Below, in pieces: positions 7,707 to 15,505 of a DNA stretch of 20,000 nucleotides; the stretch's first letter is position 1; the number at the start of each line of letters is the position of its first letter. Where the stretch lies: sequence record SRR20825015_191; one strand, written 5' to 3'. The translations under genes and the position numbers were made by a program. The notes beneath the pieces are model-generated. The model saw nothing but the letters and a program-made list of their open reading frames with translations. It made no database searches and was not told the DNA's origin.

Positions 7707-8708
7707 TTAATCGCCTAGTTTGATTTTGGCCAAGCGGATCTCGGTAGGCACAAGATAACGACCTCCTTCGGTCGCCTCGTCAGCACTGCTGTAGTAGCTG
7801 ACCCAAAGTATTCCATCCTGATAAACGATTCCGGGATAACTGGAATCGCCGCGCGCTGGTAGATCGATTAGGAGGCTGGTGTTGCCGGTATCCGGATCGA
7901 TCTCGAACAGTTTCATGGTGCCCCAGTCCGCTTGGCGTCCGCCAATGATGAAACGCCCGTCAGGCAGGCGGGCCAATTTCGGGCCGCCAAAATCGAGAGT
8001 CGGTTGCCAGGTCCAATCCGTGTAGGGGGCGTGCGCTTGTCCGATCGCCTGACCCGCCCGCATGAAACATACGGCCGTGCCATCGGGCTTGAATGCAATG
8101 GAGGATTCGTTGCCCGGATAAAAATCGCTGACCAGCACATCCCATTGGCGGCCGTCTTTGCTTTGGTATAACCGGGTATTCGCTTTCTCGGTGGTCGGGT
8201 AACCGATGCCATAGGCGATCCCCTCGTGCCAGGTGACACTCCAGATCCAGATGTCCGATTCTCCAATCGCCACCGGCTCGCTCCAGTTTTGTCCGTCACG
8301 GGTAAACCAAGCGTAGTTCTGGTGAAGATCGGGATCCGGATGATACACTTGGATCGCGGAATTGAGCATGAGTTCTCCCTGCGAGGTGATCGATAGCTTG
8401 GCATCGCGCAAGTCGCCGCTCGGTATCACAAAATGGCCGGCACTCTCCCAATATTTACCATCGACCGAACTGATTACCCTCAAGGCACCCCGGCCTTCGA
8501 GGCCGCCATGATGTTTGAGGGCTTCGCGAAACCCCAGATACCAACGGTCCTGGAAACGGATCAGATCGGTGAATGCATTGTGGGGTTGTCCGCTGTCGGC
8601 ATTGGTCCAAATCGTCTCGAGGGAAACGAGCTGGACATCGGAGGTGTCAGATGGGGTTGCCATGAGGGTCGTGCCAATGATCAGCCCGATGAAGAGTGCT
8701 CTTCGCAT
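7707..8708 (-). CDS. Secreted BNR/Asp-box beta-propeller protein (sialidase-like)
   Basis: Signal-like MRRALFIGLIIGTTLMA (ATG 8708 preferred; ORF extends to 8723). Asp boxes SVDGKYW, TRDGQNW and SKDGRQW; N-terminal HNAFTDL and C-terminal GDSSYPG...WVSYYS. Confidence 0.75.
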   Translation of the reverse strand: MRRALFIGLIIGTTLMATPSDTSDVQLVSLETIWTNADSGQPHNAFTDLIRFQDRWYLGFREALKHHGGLEGRGALRVISSVDGKYWESAGHFVIPSGDLRDAKLSITSQGELMLNSAIQVYHPDPDLHQNYAWFTRDGQNWSEPVAIGESDIWIWSVTWHEGIAYGIGYPTTEKANTRLYQSKDGRQWDVLVSDFYPGNESSIAFKPDGTAVCFMRAGQAIGQAHAPYTDWTWQPTLDFGGPKLARLPDGRFIIGGRQADWGTMKLFEIDPDTGNTSLLIDLPARGDSSYPGIVYQDGILWVSYYSSADEATEGGRYLVPTEIRLAKIKLGD

Positions 8709-8755
8709 GGAGAATGAAATCACGAAATTCCCTGAATCTCACGATGCGCTGCCGG

Positions 8756-9199
8756 CTACGCCATGCTATCGAGTTTTTTAATGCGCGCGACGTGCCGATC
8801 ACCTTCGAACTCGGTCGCGAGCCAGACGCGCACGATGTGAAGCGCCTCTTCTTCGGAAATGGTGCGTTCACCAAGGGAGAGGCAATTGGCGTCGTTGTGG
8901 GAACGGTTCCAGATGGCGACCTGTTCGTTCCAGCAGACGCCACAGCGCACACCTTTCACACGATTAGCGGCCATCGCCTCACCATTACCAGAACCGCCGA
9001 GGACGATCCCGCGCTCCACTTCACCGGCGGCGACAGCGCGGGCAACCGGGAAACAGAAATCAGGGTAATCGCAGCGTTCCGTCGAATCCGTTCCCAAGTC
9101 GCGCACTGTGTGTCCTTCGGCGAGCAACATGGTCTTGATGGCCTCCTTATAGTTGTAGCCGGCATGGTCGGAGCCGATGGCAATGGAATAGGTTTTCAT
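8756..9199 (-). CDS. rpiB: Ribose-5-phosphate isomerase B
   Basis: IAIGSDHAG, DYPD, GGSGNGEAMAANRVKGVR, RSHNDAN and FEGDRHVARI motifs. Confidence 0.95.
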   Translation of the reverse strand: MKTYSIAIGSDHAGYNYKEAIKTMLLAEGHTVRDLGTDSTERCDYPDFCFPVARAVAAGEVERGIVLGGSGNGEAMAANRVKGVRCGVCWNEQVAIWNRSHNDANCLSLGERTISEEEALHIVRVWLATEFEGDRHVARIKKLDSMA

Positions 9200-9272
9200 G
9201 AAGTAAAGTGAACGGATCAGAGTTTGCAGTGTCAGTATGATGGGGCCAGATTAAAGGCATCCCAATCCCATT

Positions 9273-9695
9273 ATGAAAATATTGCTCTCCATTCTTTCAC
9301 TCGGGTTAGCCATGGCGATCAGCGGGTGTGCCACGGCTGAATCCCGGATCAGTAAAAACCAAGCCGCCTTCGATTCATGGCCCCGTGAGGTGCAATCCTC
9401 GATCCGGGCGGGCAAAGTAAAAATCGGCTTTACGTCCGACCAAGTCCGCGTGGCCCTGGGAGAACCCAATCGGGTGTATACCCGGCAATCAGCCGAAGGA
9501 GAATCAGAGGTCTGGGCTTATTATGAACCCGGTCCGAAATTTTCAGTCGGAGTGGGAGTGGGCTCCGGCGGCTACGGCAGCAGTGTGGGAGGCGGAGTGC
9601 GCTACAGCGAAGGCGCCGACCATCGCGATGAAGCCATGCGCGTGGTGTTCACCGACGGCTTGGTCGTCTCGATCGAATCACGGACCGATAAGTGA
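9273..9695 (+). CDS. Lipoprotein with SmpA/OmlA(BamE)-like segment and Gly/Val-rich insert
   Basis: Lipoprotein signal with lipobox ISG-C19. GFTSDQVRVALGEP...EVWAY and a terminal VVFTDGLVVSI strand resemble the SmpA/OmlA fold. Confidence 0.75.
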   Translation: MKILLSILSLGLAMAISGCATAESRISKNQAAFDSWPREVQSSIRAGKVKIGFTSDQVRVALGEPNRVYTRQSAEGESEVWAYYEPGPKFSVGVGVGSGGYGSSVGGGVRYSEGADHRDEAMRVVFTDGLVVSIESRTDK

Positions 9696-9711
9696 TCCGC
9701 GCGCTAGCCAA

Positions 9712-10401
9712 TTAAGCTCCCACCGCGCGCAAGAACGCAGTCGTGTCGCTCAGATCGGCAAAGAGTGCCGTCGGTTGATGTGCTGCCAATTCGTCGTAAG
9801 TATATCCGCCGGTGGCGACGGCGATGGTCTGAGCGCCGATGACTTTACCGCATTCGATATCGTGGGGGGTGTCACCGATGATGAAGGTTTTTTCCGGGGC
9901 GAAATCGACGCCGTGGAGCTCTTTTGCACGGCGTTGGGCGTGCGGACCGAGGTCGTTGCGGCGGGCGCTGTCATTGGCGAAGGCTCCGAATTGGAAATAG
10001 TCCCAAACCTGATAGTGGGACAGTTTATGGCGGGCCCCCTCGCGCATGTTGCCGGTGAGAAGACCTTGCGCGATGCCGTCGTGATGGTGAAGCGTTTCGA
10101 GCAGTTCGGCAATGCCGGGGAGCACTTCTCCCTGCGGCCCATTAGCGAGTTCTTCCGGGAGAATACTGAGATAGGCGGCGACATAGGCCGCGATGTTTGC
10201 CGGTGAATCGCGGAGATTGTTGTGTCTGAGCACTTCACTCGTGATCCAGGTATCGGTGCGTCCCGCCCAATCGATGGTTCCGAGATTACACGCCAAACCG
10301 AACTGTTTTTGGAAACCACGCTCCATGGCGCGGACTCCAGCTCCGACCGAAGCGATAATGGTCCCGTCGATATCCCAAAGAATTAAGGTGTGCTTGCTCA
10401 C
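9712..10401 (-). CDS. HAD-superfamily hydrolase (phosphoglycolate phosphatase-like)
   Basis: Motif I WDIDGT, motif II LLTGN, motif IV IIGDTPHDI. GTG 10401 is the likely start; the ORF track extends to TTG 10437. Confidence 0.88.
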   Translation of the reverse strand: MSKHTLILWDIDGTIIASVGAGVRAMERGFQKQFGLACNLGTIDWAGRTDTWITSEVLRHNNLRDSPANIAAYVAAYLSILPEELANGPQGEVLPGIAELLETLHHHDGIAQGLLTGNMREGARHKLSHYQVWDYFQFGAFANDSARRNDLGPHAQRRAKELHGVDFAPEKTFIIGDTPHDIECGKVIGAQTIAVATGGYTYDELAAHQPTALFADLSDTTAFLRAVGA

Positions 10402-10443
10402 GCTTTTAGTAAGCGGGGCAGGTGATTGTGCGGGCAAGTGATT

Positions 10444-11331
10444 TCACCGGGATAGGTTCAGTTGTTTTCGTTTGTAAGCGGTGGGAGTATCGCCGGTGAA
10501 GCGTCGGAACACGGTCGCGAAGTATTGGGAGCTGGAAAATCCGAGCGAGTAAGCGAGCTGCGTTATCGGGGTATCGGTCTGAGTCAGGGACTGGCAGGCG
10601 GCGTTTATTTTACTTCGCAATACATAATCGCCGGGAGGTGCCCCGACCTCATCACGGAAGCGATTCTTGAAACGGGAGACGGACAGGCCGATCAGATCAG
10701 CGAGTTCGGGAACCGTCAGAGGATCGCTCAGGTGACTGGCGATGTAGTCGAGACTGCGTTGAATCCGGGGAGAAGGACCGGAGGTTTTCGCGATGTTGGT
10801 CGCTTCGATAACCTGAAAGAGATAGCGCAGGATGGTTTGCGAGGCTGCAATCCGGTCGATCAAGCGCGTGGGCTTGGATTGAAGGATGTTTAATATTGTA
10901 GCGGCAAGATCATTGGCTTCGGGGTGGGCGGTAAAATGCCGGGTAGGTAACGAGAGCAAAGTTTTGCGAAGCTCGATGGCGGCGCTTTGTTTTAGAAAAA
11001 GCAACGGCCCATCGATGGGATCCATGCGCAGAGTAAACCAATAGAGGTGGCCTTTTTCTTCGGGCGTGCCCGCCGTATCCAAAACTTCACCCGGAAACAC
11101 GAGCAACTGATCTCCTCCCCTTAATTGGTAGGTTTGGTCATTTACGCGATAGGTTTGCACGCCGCGTGCCAGATGACAGATCCCCATCGACTCCCGATGA
11201 ACGACGTTTTGAAGACCGCGTTGCGCCGATTTGTAATGGTAGCTCCCGATTTCAACCGCTCCGGGAAGGTTGATGTCACGGGTCTTCAGATCGACCCGGC
11301 CGGAACTTCTGGCACTCGGTGTGTGTGGCAT
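10444..11331 (-). CDS. AraC family transcriptional regulator
   Basis: C-terminal double HTH (LTVPELADLIGLSVSRFKNRFRDEVG...LGFSSSQYFATVFRRFTGDTP) and N-terminal cupin-like domain. ATG 11331 avoids overlap with the divergent phyH-like gene. Confidence 0.92.
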   Translation of the reverse strand: MPHTPSARSSGRVDLKTRDINLPGAVEIGSYHYKSAQRGLQNVVHRESMGICHLARGVQTYRVNDQTYQLRGGDQLLVFPGEVLDTAGTPEEKGHLYWFTLRMDPIDGPLLFLKQSAAIELRKTLLSLPTRHFTAHPEANDLAATILNILQSKPTRLIDRIAASQTILRYLFQVIEATNIAKTSGPSPRIQRSLDYIASHLSDPLTVPELADLIGLSVSRFKNRFRDEVGAPPGDYVLRSKINAACQSLTQTDTPITQLAYSLGFSSSQYFATVFRRFTGDTPTAYKRKQLNLSR

Positions 11332-11350
11332 GATGTTTGATTTTGTTCTG

Positions 11351-11393
11351 CAATATATTGATGGACGCAAGCGAATGAGAATTCCGGTATGCT
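11351..11393 (+). promoter_or_regulatory. Divergent control region: CAATATATTG palindrome and -10 box TATGCT 6 nt before the phyH-like ATG
   Basis: Perfect 10-bp palindrome at 11351-11360 and TATGCT at 11388-11393, with ATG at 11400. There is no good -35, consistent with activator dependence. Confidence 0.5.
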
Positions 11394-11399
11394 TCGCCC

Positions 11400-12224
11400 A
11401 TGACACCTTCCCAATCCCCGAACTATGGCGCTCCAGCGACACTTGAATCCACCCATTTGCTCACGTCCGAGCAGATCGCGTTTTATCAGGAGCATGGTTA
11501 CCTGGCGATTGATGCGGTGATGCCGGAAGCAGAGATCAAGGAGGTGCGCAAAACTTATGATCGCCTTTTCAATGAGGATCGAAGCAAGGCAGAGGCAGAT
11601 TATTATGATCTCAGCAGTGCCAAGGAAACCGGCAAGAAAGTCGCTATTCCGCAGATTCTCCAACCGGCCAAATATGCACCCTCACTGCTGCAGACCCAGA
11701 TGGTGGCGAATCTGAAAGCCATGATGAAGCAATTGCACGGCGAGGAAACGACGATGGTCGGCGACCACGCAATTAACAAACCACCGCATAATGCGGCACC
11801 GACACCTTGGCATCAGGATGAGGCATATTGGGATCCGGCAAAAGAGTATTCGAGTTTGAGCGTGTGGGTGCCGTTGCAACCGGTTACCAAGGAGAGCGGC
11901 TGCATGCATTTTGTGCCGGGCTCACATCTCAACGAAATCGTGCCCCATCGTCCGATTGGCGATAATCCCTCTACACCGGGTCTCGAAGTGGAACCCGGCG
12001 CGATTGATTTAAGCAGTGCGGTGGCCTGCGAACTGCCGGCGGGAGGCGCGACCTTTCACCACGGACGCACCCTGCATTTCACGACGCCGAATAATTCCGA
12101 CGACTTCCGACGCGCCTATATCGCGATGGGCTCAGCCTACGAAAAGCCTCTCGCAACCCCGCGCCATTTCCCGTGGCAGGAACGCCAAAAGGAGGCCCGG
12201 GAAGCGGCGGCGTGTAAGACCTAG
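11400..12224 (+). CDS. Phytanoyl-CoA dioxygenase (PhyH) family Fe(II)/2-oxoglutarate dioxygenase
   Basis: QIAFYQEHGYL, KPP...TPWHQDEAYW (HxD), VWVPL...GCMHFVPGSH, distal His and Arg in HHGRTLHFTTPNNSDDFRRA. Confidence 0.92.
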   Translation: MTPSQSPNYGAPATLESTHLLTSEQIAFYQEHGYLAIDAVMPEAEIKEVRKTYDRLFNEDRSKAEADYYDLSSAKETGKKVAIPQILQPAKYAPSLLQTQMVANLKAMMKQLHGEETTMVGDHAINKPPHNAAPTPWHQDEAYWDPAKEYSSLSVWVPLQPVTKESGCMHFVPGSHLNEIVPHRPIGDNPSTPGLEVEPGAIDLSSAVACELPAGGATFHHGRTLHFTTPNNSDDFRRAYIAMGSAYEKPLATPRHFPWQERQKEAREAAACKT

Positions 12225-13126
12225 GTCGGACGCAGTTTCACTTGGCGGCGCAATGCGGGAATCGTGGTGCCGATGAGGATCAAGACTGCGCCAACGCATT
12301 CGAACAGGGAGAAATATTCCTGATAGAATGCGATGCCTCCGGCGGCGACGCCGAGGGGAACCAGCATCTGGATCAAGGCACCTTCGCCGACAGGGAGATG
12401 ACGGAACGAATGCGTCATCGTGATCTGACCGACGCCGGAGCACAGTCCGGCCGTGATCATGAGCGCCCAGGCCAAGAGATCGTGGTGGCTCCAGTAGATG
12501 AGAGCGGGGATCAAGCAGATGATCAGTCCGTAGACACATTGCGCAGCGAAAATGGTGGCGGTGTGTTCTCCTTCCGCATGGAGCTTGCGAATGACCACGA
12601 TCACATAGCCCGCGATTAAGGCGACTCCGACTGCAATCAAGTCATCGAAACTGATACCGGCACCGGTGCCAAAAGCATTCGTGATTAACGCCAAGCCGGT
12701 CAACGCCAGTAAAGTGCCGCCGATCAGGGCCGGACGAAAACGCTCACGCAACAGAACGACTGCGAGTAAGCCGCCCATGATGACATAGGTGTTGTTGATG
12801 AAGGTGGCCCGGCCCGCGCCAAGATGGACGATAGTATAATAAAATCCGAAGATAGTTACTCCGCCCAATACGCCCCGGGTGATCAAGAGTCGATTTTGAA
12901 AGAGGTGTTTTGGTTGTAATCCATCGTTTCCGATCGGGTAAGCGACCCAGAGTAAACCAAGGCCAACGGCACAGCGCACACAACTGAGTAACCACACGTC
13001 CACCTCCTGTCCTGAACCGAGGGCGCGGATAAACAGGGCATTGGCGGTAAAGGAGAATGCTGAGACCAGCATCAGGGCGATCCCCAGGCGATGGCTTGTG
13101 GGGGCGGGTGATGAAGTGGCGTTCAC
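12221..13126 (-). CDS. EamA/DMT family transporter
   Basis: About 10 hydrophobic helices in two EamA repeats; LLITRGVLG and LRERF motifs. GTG start. Its stop overlaps the phyH-like stop in CTAG (12221-12224). Confidence 0.9.
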   Translation of the reverse strand: MNATSSPAPTSHRLGIALMLVSAFSFTANALFIRALGSGQEVDVWLLSCVRCAVGLGLLWVAYPIGNDGLQPKHLFQNRLLITRGVLGGVTIFGFYYTIVHLGAGRATFINNTYVIMGGLLAVVLLRERFRPALIGGTLLALTGLALITNAFGTGAGISFDDLIAVGVALIAGYVIVVIRKLHAEGEHTATIFAAQCVYGLIICLIPALIYWSHHDLLAWALMITAGLCSGVGQITMTHSFRHLPVGEGALIQMLVPLGVAAGGIAFYQEYFSLFECVGAVLILIGTTIPALRRQVKLRPT

Positions 13127-13141
13127 GTTGCTCGTCGGAGA

Positions 13142-14005
13142 CTATTTCTGCTTCGCCGCCCAGATGGTGGCGGCGATAATCAGGGATGCTCCGATGATGT
13201 CGGAGCGCTGGAAAGGTTCGCTGAATAGGAGCACGCCACCTATCGTTACTCCCACGGGCACCAGGGTTTGAAAAATCACCGCTTTTCCGACGGGAAGCTC
13301 CCGGTAGGCGCGGGTCATACAGAGTTGGGAGAGACTGGCGAGGAGGCTGGTCCCGAGCAGCGCCAGCCAAAGATTGTCGGGGATACTGCGCGCTCTGACC
13401 AGAGTGGGGATGCCGCAGATGACCATGCCATAGAGGCACTGCGCGCCGTAAATCGTCGAGGTATGCTCGCTGTCATGCAGGCTGCGAATAAGGACCGCGA
13501 CACTGGCGGAACCGAAGGCGGTCAGCAGAGCCAACCCGTCGTAGAGACTCGGTGAGACGCCGGTGTTGAGAACCTTGGTGAGCAGAGCGAGTCCGATCAG
13601 AGTTGCCGCGCAACTCAGCATGAGCCGGGGTTTGAGCTGTTCGCCTAGAAACCATACCGCGAACAATCCTGCCCAGACGACGTAGGTATTATTGATGAAA
13701 GTCGCGCGCCCGGCGCCGAGATAGATGATGGCCTGGTAGAACGCGACCGTGGTAACCGCACCTATCACGCCTCGGGCGATCAGTCGCGGACTGGTTAGTA
13801 AATGGAGTGGTTGAAATCGTCGCCGATAAACCAGCGCGATGATGATCAATCCGACTGTAAACCGAATACTGACGAGCGTCCACGCGTCGATCCCCCGATG
13901 GCCGAGCGATCTGACCACAAGAAAATTTACGACCAGACACAGGACGGAAGCCAGCATCAGCGAAACCCCGAGGGAGTGATGCTGCGTTCTGGTCGAGTCG
14001 CTCAT
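13142..14005 (-). CDS. EamA/DMT family transporter (paralog of the neighbouring gene)
   Basis: About 10 TM helices; LIARGVIG, FLGEQL and LFSEPF motifs. Shares LGAGRATFINNTYV with the neighbour. Confidence 0.9.
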   Translation of the reverse strand: MSDSTRTQHHSLGVSLMLASVLCLVVNFLVVRSLGHRGIDAWTLVSIRFTVGLIIIALVYRRRFQPLHLLTSPRLIARGVIGAVTTVAFYQAIIYLGAGRATFINNTYVVWAGLFAVWFLGEQLKPRLMLSCAATLIGLALLTKVLNTGVSPSLYDGLALLTAFGSASVAVLIRSLHDSEHTSTIYGAQCLYGMVICGIPTLVRARSIPDNLWLALLGTSLLASLSQLCMTRAYRELPVGKAVIFQTLVPVGVTIGGVLLFSEPFQRSDIIGASLIIAATIWAAKQK

Positions 14006-14011
14006 GGATTC

Positions 14012-14017
14012 AGCGTA
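14012..14017 (-). promoter_or_regulatory. Putative -10 box TACGCT 6 nt before the EamA ATG (leaderless-type)
   Basis: Minus strand reads TACGCT-GAATCC-ATG(14005), within the 33-nt gap after lpdA. Confidence 0.4.
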
Positions 14018-14038
14018 GGAGCGAGAACGACTCCCCGA

Positions 14039-15412
14039 TCACATCGCGTGGATGGCACTTTTGCTCACGGCCAGTCCGGCTTCCTTGACGGCTTCGCTCA
14101 TCGTAGGGTGGGCGTGGATCGTGCGACCGAGGTCTTCAGCGCTGCCGCCGTATTCCATGTGGGTGACGATTTCGCTGACGAGTTCACCGGCGTTTTTACC
14201 GAGGATTTGGGCACCGAGAATTTTATCAGTTTCGGCATCAGCGATGATCTTCACAAAACCTTCCTCCCCATCATTCGCGTGGGCACGGGCATTGGCGGCG
14301 AAGTTGAATTTGCCGACATTGACTTTGATCTTCGCCTTTTTAGCGGCGTCTTCACTGAGCCCCACCGTAGCGATTTCAGGATCGGTGTAGATGATGGCTG
14401 GCATGAGATCCCAATTAATGTGGCCCGCTTTGCCAGCGATCCATTCAGCGACGGCCATACCATCTTCCTCGGCTTTGTGCGCGAGCATGGGGCCATCGAC
14501 GACATCGCCAATGGCCCACACGCCTTCGGCGGTGGTCTTGAGCTTGGCGTCTACCTTGATCCGCTTTTTATCGGTGAGTTCGACTCCGGCTTTATCGAGA
14601 TCGAGTCCGTCGGCGTAGGGACGACGACCGACAGCGACAAGCACCTTGTCGGCGGAGAATTCGAGTTTTTCATCACCGCGTTCCGCCGTGAGGATGCCAT
14701 CTTTGAATCCGGTGACCTTCGCGTTGACCTCGATCTTGAGCCCCTGCTTTTGGAGAATGCGTGTGAAGTTGCGCACGACATCGGCATCGGAGGCACCGGC
14801 AATTTGCGGAAGGAATTCCACGATGGTCACCTCGGCACCGAGACGTGCCCAAACCGAGCCGAGCTCGAGGCCAATCGCACCGCCGCCAACCACGACCATT
14901 TGCTTGGGCACTTCGGTGAACGAGATCGCCTGGTCGGAAGAAACAACGGTCTCGCCATCGAACTTCATGAAGGGCAGCTCGACGGGTGCAGAACCGGTGG
15001 CGATCACGATGTTCTTGGCGGTCAGAGATTGGTCACCGACTGAAATTGTATCATTCTTGGTGAACTTGGCTTCGCCTTCGATCACGGTAACTTTGCGGCC
15101 TTTGGCGAGCATCTGAATGCCCCCGGTCATCTTATCGACGATGTCCTGCTTCTTTTTAAGCATGGCGGCGACGTCGATGGTCACTTGGTCGATTTTGATG
15201 CCGTGTTCGGAGGCGTGATGTTTCGAAAAAGCGAAGTGTTCGGAGGAGGCGAGCAAGGCCTTGCTGGGAATGCAGCCGACATTGAGGCAGGTGCCGCCGA
15301 GGGTTTTGCGCTTTTCGATAAGCGCGACCTTGAGGCCGAGTTGGGCGGCGCGAAACGCACAGACGTATCCGCCGGGGCCGGCACCGATGACGATGAGATC
15401 GAAAGAATTCAT
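14039..15412 (-). CDS. lpdA: Dihydrolipoamide dehydrogenase (E3)
   Basis: FAD motif GAGPGGY, redox disulfide GGTCLNVGCIPSK, NAD motif GGGAIGLE, catalytic HAHPTMSE. Confidence 0.97.
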   Translation of the reverse strand: MNSFDLIVIGAGPGGYVCAFRAAQLGLKVALIEKRKTLGGTCLNVGCIPSKALLASSEHFAFSKHHASEHGIKIDQVTIDVAAMLKKKQDIVDKMTGGIQMLAKGRKVTVIEGEAKFTKNDTISVGDQSLTAKNIVIATGSAPVELPFMKFDGETVVSSDQAISFTEVPKQMVVVGGGAIGLELGSVWARLGAEVTIVEFLPQIAGASDADVVRNFTRILQKQGLKIEVNAKVTGFKDGILTAERGDEKLEFSADKVLVAVGRRPYADGLDLDKAGVELTDKKRIKVDAKLKTTAEGVWAIGDVVDGPMLAHKAEEDGMAVAEWIAGKAGHINWDLMPAIIYTDPEIATVGLSEDAAKKAKIKVNVGKFNFAANARAHANDGEEGFVKIIADAETDKILGAQILGKNAGELVSEIVTHMEYGGSAEDLGRTIHAHPTMSEAVKEAGLAVSKSAIHAM

Positions 15413-15414
15413 GA

Positions 15415-15500
15415 GAGTAGTGGGTAGTGAGTAGCGTGTAGAGAGTAGTTCGGAATGCCGCGGACGTGGCTTGCTGCCCTCGACCGAATACTCGCTACTT
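15415..15500. repeat. Inverted arrays of degenerate 7-bp tandem repeats (consensus GAGTAGN)
   Basis: 15415-15449 is GAGTAGT GGGTAGT GAGTAGC GTGTAGA GAGTAGT, followed by TCGG. 15484-15500 CCGAATACTCGCTACTT reverse-complements to AAGTAGC GAGTATT CGG. Confidence 0.8.
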
Positions 15501-15505
15501 CAAAA

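Noticed and set aside
11332-11442. N-terminal extension of the AraC ORF overlapping the phyH-like start
   Set aside because: ATG 11331 gives a normal-length AraC protein and leaves a plausible divergent promoter region.
12744-13439. 231-aa minus-strand ORF bridging both EamA genes, a possible frameshift fusion
   Set aside because: It is an out-of-frame Arg/Pro-rich translation, and both EamA genes are complete.
15415-15500. Repeat arrays here and at 5453-5568 as CRISPR or IS ends
   Set aside because: Units are 7 bp and contiguous with no spacers. No cas or transposase genes or clear target-site duplications are seen.
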